A DNA stretch of 64,000 nt from Spirochaetia bacterium (GTDB lineage: Bacteria; Spirochaetota; Spirochaetia; SZUA-6; Bin103), in contig CBDBDQ010000005.1 in NCBI GenBank assembly GCA_965203905.1, positions 6,752,001 through 6,816,000 of the forward strand, written 5' to 3'. The notes beneath the pieces were generated by a model. That model saw only the letters and a list, made by a program, of their open reading frames with translations, was not told the origin of the DNA and made no database searches. A program made the translations under genes and the position numbers. Position 1 is the stretch's first letter, and every line of letters begins with the position of its first letter. Below, in pieces: positions 56,936-64,000 of the stretch.

Positions 56936-58092
56936 GAGCCTTCGCCGCCATCCGCGACCCCGCCGCCCGCCGCAACCGCACCGCCCGCCACGATCCCGCC
57001 GCCCTGGAGGAGGGCTACTACCTGGCCACCCAGTGGCAGCTCATGCGGCGCCGGTTCCGCGCCCACAAGCTGGCGCTCATCGGGGCCACGGTGCTGATCG
57101 TGCTCTACCTCACCACCCTGCTCGGCGAGTTCTTCGCCCCCTACGACAGCTTCCGCCGCTTCGCCGACTACCCGTTCGCGCCGCCGCAGCGGCTGCGCGT
57201 CATCGACCAGGGCCGGGTCAGCCTGCGGCCCTTCGTGTACGGCTACGAGCGCTTCCGCGACCCCGAGTCGCTGCGCTGGCGCTTCGCCGTGGACCGCTCG
57301 CTGCGCTATCCGCTCTCCTTCTTCGTGCGCGGCGACGAGTACTACGTGCTTGGGTTGTTCGAAACCGACCTCCATCTGTTCGGGGTGGCCGGCGAGGAGG
57401 CCCACCTGTTCCTGTTCGGCACCGACAAGCTGGGCCGCGACCTGTTCTCGCGCAACATCCGCGCGGCGCGCATCTCGCTCACCATCGGCCTGGTCGGCGT
57501 CACCATCAGCTTCATCCTGGGCTGCATCCTGGGCGGCATCTCCGGCTACTACGGTGGCGCGGTGGACACCCTGATCCAGCGGATCATCGAGTTCCTGATA
57601 TCGATCCCGTCGATTCCGCTGTGGATGGCGCTGGCCGCCTCGCTGCCCAATGACTGGCCGCCGATCCGGGTCTACTTCGGCATCACCATCATCCTCTCGG
57701 TGATCAGCTGGACCAGCCTGGCGCGGGTGGTGCGCAGCAAGCTGCTGGAGCTGCGCGAGGCGGACTTCGTGATGGCGGCCAAGATCGCCGGCGCGCGCGA
57801 GGGCGAGATCGTGCGCCGCCACCTGCTGCCGTCGTTTCTCAGTTATCTGATCGTGAGCCTCACCTTGAGCATCCCCGCCATGATCCTGGGCGAGACCGCC
57901 CTCAGCTTCCTCGGCATCGGCATCCAGCCGCCCGCCCTGAGCTGGGGTGCGCTGCTGCAGAGCGCGCAGAACGTGCGCAGCGTGGCGCTGGCACCGTGGC
58001 TATTCATCCCGGGGCTGTTCATCGTGGCCACGGTGCTGGCCTACAACTTCGTCGGCGACGGCCTGCGCGACGCCGCCGACCCCTACACCTGA
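56932..58092 (+). CDS. ABC permease (DppC/OppC-like)
   Basis: ATGA overlap; GTDKLGRD, ETALSFLGIG, GDGLRDAADP. Confidence 0.93.
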   Translation: MRAFAAIRDPAARRNRTARHDPAALEEGYYLATQWQLMRRRFRAHKLALIGATVLIVLYLTTLLGEFFAPYDSFRRFADYPFAPPQRLRVIDQGRVSLRPFVYGYERFRDPESLRWRFAVDRSLRYPLSFFVRGDEYYVLGLFETDLHLFGVAGEEAHLFLFGTDKLGRDLFSRNIRAARISLTIGLVGVTISFILGCILGGISGYYGGAVDTLIQRIIEFLISIPSIPLWMALAASLPNDWPPIRVYFGITIILSVISWTSLARVVRSKLLELREADFVMAAKIAGAREGEIVRRHLLPSFLSYLIVSLTLSIPAMILGETALSFLGIGIQPPALSWGALLQSAQNVRSVALAPWLFIPGLFIVATVLAYNFVGDGLRDAADPYT

Positions 58093-58163
58093 GCCACGGG
58101 GAGCGGTTGGCGATCATGGCGGGCCGCCATACTATTGTGTGGTAACAAACGACGGGTAACGAC

Positions 58164-58424
58164 ATGACGAAGAGCAAGCTGACACTGTCACTCGATCCCG
58201 CAGTCGTCCGGGCGGCAAAACGCTTGGCCGCAGCGAGAAACACCAGTGTATCGGCCCTCTTCTCGTGTCTGATCGAGTCTCTGCAGACGTGTGAGCGAGA
58301 GCCGAGTATCGGCCTCGGGCCGTTGACCCGTCAGGCTTCCGGTATCGTGAGTCTGCCGGAGAGGCGCTCCGACCGTGACCTTCTCACCGAGGCACTCCTC
58401 GACAGGCAGGGATCGAACGAGTGA
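58164..58424 (+). CDS. DUF6364-type antitoxin (orphan)
   Basis: KLTLSLDPAVVRAAKRLA..TSVSALF..GPLTRQASGIV; no toxin ORF follows. Confidence 0.75.
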   Translation: MTKSKLTLSLDPAVVRAAKRLAAARNTSVSALFSCLIESLQTCEREPSIGLGPLTRQASGIVSLPERRSDRDLLTEALLDRQGSNE

Positions 58425-58476
58425 CCTTGCGTATCGAGTGGGATCTGTGTTGCTCGTCCCGCCGTATTCCGCTCTT

Positions 58477-58707
58477 ATGACGAAGCTCACCGTCAAGCTG
58501 CCGGAACGTTTGGCCACGTCTTTGGAGCGTGAAGCCGAACGGCCACAGGTCTCGAAGTCGGATATGGTCCGGGACATTCTGGATCGGCATCTGTCCGCTG
58601 CGGCGGTCTCCGCGGTAGATCTCGCGCGTGACCTCGCCGGTTGCGTCGACAGCGGAGTCCGAGACCTCGCCTCGAACCGGGGTCACCTCGATGGGTTCGG
58701 TCGCTGA
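58477..58707 (+). CDS. CopG/RHH antitoxin (VapB-like)
   Basis: LTVKLPERL..SKSDMVRDIL..DLAGCVDSG.RDLASN..HLDGFGR; TGATG overlap with PIN start. Confidence 0.8.
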   Translation: MTKLTVKLPERLATSLEREAERPQVSKSDMVRDILDRHLSAAAVSAVDLARDLAGCVDSGVRDLASNRGHLDGFGR

Positions 58708-58907
58708 TGGCGTGGCTGCTGGACACCGGCCCGCTGGTCGCGTTCTTCGACCGGAGCGAACGGCACCACGAGTGGGCCCTGGATACGCCGCGCCACCGGC
58801 AACCTGCATGCCGTTGGTGGAGGGGATCCACCACCGCAGCTACATCATCCAGATACCGCGACGTACTATTTCGAGATCGATCACTATGGACAGCCGCACG
58901 GTCTTGA
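58707..58907 (+). pseudogene. Truncated PIN (VapC-like) toxin
   Basis: MAWLLDTGPLVAFFDRSERHHEWA is a VapC N-terminus; similarity is lost after ~26 codons. Confidence 0.75.
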
Positions 58908-59074
58908 GAAGGCTGCGGTCGGACGGTTGGGAGACGGTGCGTGTCCGAGGGTCACATCATCAGCTCAAGCATCCTGAGAAATCCGGAACAGTTACGGTTC
59001 CCCATCCGCAGCGCGATGTACCGGCCGGCACGTTGAGAAGTATCGAAAGACAATCCGGGGTTAGCCTGCGTTGA
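58886..59074 (+). CDS. hicA: HicA family toxin
   Basis: DGW..VRVRGSHHQLKHP..GTVTVPHP.RD.P.GTLRSI.RQ.G. Confidence 0.93.
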   Translation: MDSRTVLRRLRSDGWETVRVRGSHHQLKHPEKSGTVTVPHPQRDVPAGTLRSIERQSGVSLR

Positions 59075-59085
59075 GGAGGATGATT

Positions 59086-59376
59086 ATGGACCGCAAGTAT
59101 ATAGGACTGGTTCATAAGGAAACGGACAGCGACTACGGTGTGAGCTTCCCCGATTTTCCCGGCTGCATCACCGCCGGACGTACCATCGAGGAGGCCGGGG
59201 AGATGGCAGCCGAGGCGCTGGCCCTTCATATCGAGGGACTTGCCGAGGACGGCGGGGAGATTCCCCCACCCAGTTCCGCCGATGCAGTCCTCGCGCATCC
59301 TGACGCCGCCGACGCTCTGGCGTTACTCGTCGTCGAACCGCTCCCGGCACGCGCCGAGACTCCCGTTTCGCGCTAG
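59086..59376 (+). CDS. hicB: HicB family antitoxin (short, no C-terminal DNA-binding domain)
   Basis: YGVSFPDFPGCITAGRTIEEA..AAEAL..HIEG..IPPPS; GAGGAGG RBS. Confidence 0.92.
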   Translation: MDRKYIGLVHKETDSDYGVSFPDFPGCITAGRTIEEAGEMAAEALALHIEGLAEDGGEIPPPSSADAVLAHPDAADALALLVVEPLPARAETPVSR

Positions 59377-59558
59377 TGGGCAATTCGTTCGATTGGTAGC
59401 CACGGTTGCGGCCTGCACGACCGACGCTGGCTTCACGGGCCGCGCGCAGCAGTACATTTCGGAAGTGTTTCGGACTCGACGTTGCGATGGCCATGCGATG
59501 GCCGGGCGGCGCTGGCACAGCCGGGGCCGGACGGAGTAGCCTGCGGGAGTTGACCGTC

Positions 59559-59930
59559 ATGGCGAGACAGATCTCACGGCTCCTTCTGGTCGGGCTCCTC
59601 GGCGCCGTTCTCCTGGCCGGCTGCTTTCCGCGCATGCCCACGAATCCGGCGTCGCAGCAACCCGCCTCCACCGACGCCTCGTTCTCGCCCGACGGGTCGG
59701 AGATCCTGTACGCCGCCAACCACGACGGCGACCTGGAGATCTTCGTGGTAAACGCCGACGGCAGTGACCGGCGCCAGCTCACCGAGAACGGCAACCAGGA
59801 CTTCTTCCCGAGCTGGTCGCCGGACGGCGAGACCATCGTGTTCAGCTCGGACCGAACCGGTGCGGTGGAGCTGTACCTGATGGACGCCGACGGCGGCAAC
59901 CAGCGGCCGCTCATCGCCGGAGACGGCTGA
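59559..59930 (+). CDS. Small lipoprotein with TolB-like PD40 repeats
   Basis: Lipobox LLAGC; SFSPDG and SWSPDG..IVFSSDR repeats. Confidence 0.8.
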   Translation: MARQISRLLLVGLLGAVLLAGCFPRMPTNPASQQPASTDASFSPDGSEILYAANHDGDLEIFVVNADGSDRRQLTENGNQDFFPSWSPDGETIVFSSDRTGAVELYLMDADGGNQRPLIAGDG

Positions 59931-59965
59931 GCGCGGGCCCCGCTGCGCGACCTGAACGGCGGGTG

Positions 59966-60424
59966 TCAGCCGCCGACCTGCTCCAGCGCGTTGGGGACGG
60001 TCGCCTCCGGCTTCACCCCGTACCACACCGCCTCCAGGTTGCCGCCTTCATCCACCAGGAACGAAGAGCGGTTGATCCCCATGTAGGTGCGGCCGTAGCG
60101 CGTGCGCTCGCCCCACACGCCGTACGCCTCGGCTACCTGGTGGTCGGCGTCGGCGAGCAGCGGGAAACCGAGCTCGAACTTGTCGTCGAACTTCTTCTGG
60201 TCCTTGGGGGTGTCGGGGCTGATGCCCACGGCGGCCACGTTGCGGCCCTCCAGATCGGAGCGGGCGTCGCGCACCGCGCACGACTGGCGGGTGCAGCCGG
60301 GGGTGTCGGCGCGCGGGTAGAAGTAGATCAGCAGCTTGCGGCCGCGGTAGTCGGCGAGGGTGTGGGTGGCACCATCCTGGTCGCTGAGAGAGAAATCGGG
60401 GGCGGGATCGCCTGTCTGCAACAT
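59966..60424 (-). CDS. bcp: Thioredoxin-dependent thiol peroxidase (BCP/PrxQ)
   Basis: GDPAPDFSL, YFYPRADTPGCTRQSC, GISPD, YGVWG, RSSFLVD. Confidence 0.95.
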   Translation of the reverse strand: MLQTGDPAPDFSLSDQDGATHTLADYRGRKLLIYFYPRADTPGCTRQSCAVRDARSDLEGRNVAAVGISPDTPKDQKKFDDKFELGFPLLADADHQVAEAYGVWGERTRYGRTYMGINRSSFLVDEGGNLEAVWYGVKPEATVPNALEQVGG

Positions 60425-60574
60425 ATCGGTGGCAGTATATCCATCGGCGCCGGCATCTGGACACCGGCGCGCGCCGCGGCCGCGGCGCTGTTCAACGCGC
60501 GCTTCGCCGCGTACGATCCGGCCAACGATCCGGACGCCCGCCGCCGGCGCGAGCGCCCGCTGCAAGAGGCCGCC

Positions 60575-61555
60575 ATGTACATCGGGACCCAGTTCGGCTG
60601 CCGCCACGACACCGACATCCAGGTGCTCGCCCAGTTGGGGGTGATGCACGTCGACCAGACGCCCGCGGAGCCGTGGCAGGAGTGGAGCGCGGACTCGCTC
60701 AAGGCGCTGCGCGACCGATTTGCCAGACATGGCATCGAGTTGGAGATGATCCACGTGCCGATGAGCTCGCGCCCGGCGCTGGAGGATGAAGCCGGCGCCA
60801 TCTTCCTCGGTGCCAGTGACGCGCGCGACCGTCAGATCGAGCACATGTGCGAGACGGTGCGCATGGCGGCCGCCGCGGGGCTGCGCGGGATCAACTACAA
60901 CATCACCCTGCTGGGGCACCTGCGCACCGAATCGCGTTACGGGCGCGGCGGGGCCACGCTCTCCTCCTTCGAGCTGGCCAGGCTTGACCAGTCGCTCGGC
61001 GAGTTCGAGGGCGGCGCGGCCGACGAAGACACCATGTGGGAGCGGATCGACCACTGGCTGCGCAACGTCATCCCCGTGGCCGAGGAGTACGGCATCCAGA
61101 TGGCGTGCCACCCGTCGGACCCGGGCATCGGCTACGGGGTGCAGTACCGCGGGGTGGCCCGCGTCCTGGGCATGGTGGACGGGTTCAAGAAGCTGATCGA
61201 CCTCTACGACAGCCCGTACAACGGCCTCAACTTCTGCCTCGGCTGCTTCTCGGAGGCGCTGGAGAACCCGGCCGAGGAGATCTACGACGTGATCCGCTAC
61301 TTCGGCGTGCGCAACAGGATCTTCAACGTCCACTTCCGCAACATCAAGGGCGGACTCGGTGACTTCGTGGAGGTGTTCCCGGACGAGGGCGACGTCGACA
61401 TGCTCAAGGCGCTGCGCACCTTCAAGGAGGTGGGCTACCGCTACATGATCATGCCCGACCACGTCCCCGGCATCTCCGGCGCCGAGCCGCAGCAGGTCGG
61501 CTTCGCCTACACCTACGGCTACATCCACGCCCTGCTGCAGGCCGTGGCAGCGTAA
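60575..61555 (+). CDS. uxuA: Mannonate dehydratase-like (UxuA family) protein
   Basis: IPVAEEYGIQMACHPSDP, NGLNFC.G, VHFRNI..F.E.FPDEGDVDM, MPDHVP, YTYGY; divergent, substrate uncertain. Confidence 0.85.
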   Translation: MYIGTQFGCRHDTDIQVLAQLGVMHVDQTPAEPWQEWSADSLKALRDRFARHGIELEMIHVPMSSRPALEDEAGAIFLGASDARDRQIEHMCETVRMAAAAGLRGINYNITLLGHLRTESRYGRGGATLSSFELARLDQSLGEFEGGAADEDTMWERIDHWLRNVIPVAEEYGIQMACHPSDPGIGYGVQYRGVARVLGMVDGFKKLIDLYDSPYNGLNFCLGCFSEALENPAEEIYDVIRYFGVRNRIFNVHFRNIKGGLGDFVEVFPDEGDVDMLKALRTFKEVGYRYMIMPDHVPGISGAEPQQVGFAYTYGYIHALLQAVAA

Positions 61556-61638
61556 CCGGACCTGATTCGTCGCGGAACTGACTGAGCAACGAGCGCTTCA
61601 CAGACCTCCGAGAAATCGCATCTCGGCGCGGTGGAAAC

Positions 61639-62583
61639 TCACTCGCCGTTGTCGCCGAGATCCGTGAGACGGCGCTCCAGTTCCGCGATGCGCTCCTCGG
61701 CCGCGGCGCGCTCCGTCCGTTCTCGCTCCAGCGCCGCGCGTTCTCGCTCCAGCGCCACGTCCTTCTCGGCCAGAGCCGCATCCTTCTCCGCCAGCGCGGC
61801 GTCCTTCGCCGCGCTCTCCCGCTTCATCCGCCCCCACGTCTCCGCGACCTCGTCCTCCAGCGCCATCGAGTCCGCCACCTCCACGCTCGCCACGGCTCCC
61901 TCCAGCCGCCGCAGCACCGGCGCGTAGACCTCCGGTATCTCCCGCTCGTCCACCTCCAGCACGTGCCGGTCGCCCGGCACCCGCAACTCCTGGTCGAACA
62001 CGCTCAGCAATCGCTCCAGGTCCGACCTCCGCCGCGACGCCAGCAGCGGCACCTGCACCACCCAGCAGTCGTGGCTCAACGCTTCCACGAACTCCTCCCG
62101 CTCGCTCAGTCGCTCCCCGCTTACGCCGTCCACGTACTCCCGCGCCACTCGCAGCACCGTCGCCGCCGTGCGCGGCAGGCATTCCCCAAGGATGTAGATC
62201 GCCCGTAGCGGCCGGTGCCGCCGCCGTCCGTCCGCGCCCTCGTCGTAGTTGTCGCGGTCGGCGTAGTGGCGGCCCAGATACTCCCGGAACCGCATCACCT
62301 CGTCGGTGAAGCGCGCCTTCTGCACTTCCACCAGCACCCGCAGCCGCTCGCCCGCCGCGGTGCGCACCGTGGCCGCGAAGTCCACCCGTCGCACCGTCAG
62401 GATCTCCCCCGACGGCGGCTCGCCCGCCGCCGCCGGCGACGGCCGCCCCGCACGCTCCTGCGGCAGCGCCTCCAGGCTCACCACTTCCTCGCCCAGCACG
62501 GCCCCGACCAGCAGTCGCGCCGCTGCCTGGTCTTCCATCAGGTACTTGCAGGCAGCGTCGTACATCGGGTTGGCGATACGCAT
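61639..62583 (-). CDS. Rpn/PD-(D/E)XK nuclease-like protein with coiled-coil C-terminus
   Basis: IANPMYD..KYLMED, RVDFAA..VLVEVQKA..MRFREYLG, LSHD; C-terminal heptad repeats KDAALAE. Confidence 0.8.
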   Translation of the reverse strand: MRIANPMYDAACKYLMEDQAAARLLVGAVLGEEVVSLEALPQERAGRPSPAAAGEPPSGEILTVRRVDFAATVRTAAGERLRVLVEVQKARFTDEVMRFREYLGRHYADRDNYDEGADGRRRHRPLRAIYILGECLPRTAATVLRVAREYVDGVSGERLSEREEFVEALSHDCWVVQVPLLASRRRSDLERLLSVFDQELRVPGDRHVLEVDEREIPEVYAPVLRRLEGAVASVEVADSMALEDEVAETWGRMKRESAAKDAALAEKDAALAEKDVALERERAALERERTERAAAEERIAELERRLTDLGDNGE

Positions 62584-62787
62584 CGCTTCACATTAGCTCT
62601 CCCCAGCACCGCCGGCAAGCGCTCACCTCTCACTCTGGCGCCTCTCGCGTGACGCGCGGGAGCAATCGGGCCCCCTGTTCTGCCGACCGGTCCGAGGCGA
62701 GGCACTGAGGTGTCCCGTGAGCGCAGGGCCGAGTGGTGCGCAACTTGGGGTCGCACCCCGGCGCGTGTGGTAGGTTGACCGCCCACT

Positions 62788-64000
62788 ATGCGCATCCATC
62801 ACAATGCCAGATCGATCGCCGGGCGTTGGAAGTTCGCCACCGATCCGGACGGCCGCGGCGACTTCCAGGAGCCTCGCGAGCTGGCAGCGCGAGGTCACCT
62901 GGTTCGACCGCGAGCATGACGACACCGACTGGAACGAGATAGCCGTCCCGGCCTGCTGGCAGACCGAGGGCTACCGGTACAATGGCATCGCCTGGTACCG
63001 CACCCGCTTCGACTACGCGCCGGACGGCACCAATAACGTAATCCGGCTCCTGTTCAAGGGCGTCGACTACTTCGCCGACGCCTGGCTGAACGGCTACTAC
63101 CTCGGCTCCCACGAAGGGTTCTTCCACCGCTTCGCGTTCGACGTCTCGCGCTGGATCAGGCCGGGGAAGAACCTGCTGACCGTGAAGGTGGACGCTCCGA
63201 ACCTGAAGCGGCTGCTGGTGAAGGGAGCGCTGCAGGGCATCAACTGGGACTGCAACGACCCCACCCTCGATCCCGGCGGCATCTGGAACGACGTGCAGCT
63301 CCTCGCCAGCCGCGACCTGTACCTCGAAGACCTCAAGGTCACCCCCTACCTCGACCTGGAGGGCAACTCGGCCCGCGTCCTGTGCCGCGTCACCGTCTGC
63401 AACCCCACCGGGGAGATCAGGGAGGTCTCGGTAACCGGCACACTGGCGCCGCACAACTTCGCTGGCGAATCGCACACCGCCGGTGCGGCGGCGGTCCTGC
63501 CGCCCGGCGTGTCACAGGTTGACCTGTGGCTGGAGCTGGAGGATCCGAAGCTCTGGTGGCCGTGGGACATGGGCGCGCAGAACCTGTACGACGTGGCCGT
63601 TTCGGTGACCGACGCCGAAGGCGAGCTCGACCGGCTCGGCGACCGCATCGGCCTGCGCCACCTGCGCAAGGAGCACCCGAACGGCTGGGCCTGCCACCTG
63701 AACGGCAAGCGCATCTTCTGCCGCGGCCCCAACTACGTGTCGGAGCAACTCCAGTCCACCATGACCCGCGAGCGCTACGAGTTCGACGTGCAGCTCATGA
63801 AGGACGCAAACATGAACATGGTGCGCTCCTATTGCGTCGTCGAACGCGAGGAATTCTACGACGTGTGCGACGAGAAGGGCGTCATGGTGTACCAGGATTT
63901 TCCGACGACCGGCCGCATGAGCAACCGCGGCGACTACCTGCGCCGCGCCGTGCAGCAGGGCCGGCGCATGATCAACCAACTCTACCACCACCCGTCGATC
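62788..64000 (+). CDS. Glycoside hydrolase family 2 (beta-mannosidase-like), partial, probable frameshift near 62872
   Basis: Manual translation: VPACW..GIAWYRTRF, FKGVDY..WLNG..GSHEG, LWWPWDMGAQNLY, NGKRIFCRGPNY, DANMNMVR, FYDVCDEKG..VYQDF, HHPSI; N-terminal SIAGRWKFATDPDG is in another frame. Confidence 0.88.

Noticed and set aside
60460-60495. GC-only palindromes between bcp and the UxuA-like gene
   Set aside because: Expected by chance at this GC content; no second copy found.

Overview
High-GC bacterial chromosome segment rich in transport and catabolic genes. The solute-binding-protein leaders and gene content suggest a host-associated (e.g. sponge) Spirochaetota, which is inference only. 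It holds four peptide/nickel-type (family 5) ABC importer clusters, only one with ATPases, and a translationally coupled catabolic operon (creatininase-like, M20 amidohydrolase, BNR/sialidase-like, FAD oxidoreductase, sialidase-LamG, DapA-like lyase, CRTAC1-like). Also present: a second sialidase-LamG paralogue, malate synthase, several oxidoreductases, bcp, a UxuA-like dehydratase and a partial GH2. Accessory or selfish DNA includes an rve-type IS with multi-repeat ends and a long non-coding 3' arm, a DUF222-like HNH gene with palindromic repeats in its linker, an Rpn-like nuclease with a candidate internal small ORF, an AAA/DUF4143 ATPase, decayed VapBC modules, HicAB, and an 18-unit 27-bp coding tandem repeat. 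The best candidate for a new system is at the window start: a sigma70 promoter, a ~60-nt two-hairpin terminated leader RNA, then an NYN ribonuclease, resembling a type III toxin-antitoxin layout. Four genes carry single-base frameshifts that may be sequencing errors. No rRNA, tRNA or CRISPR array was seen.
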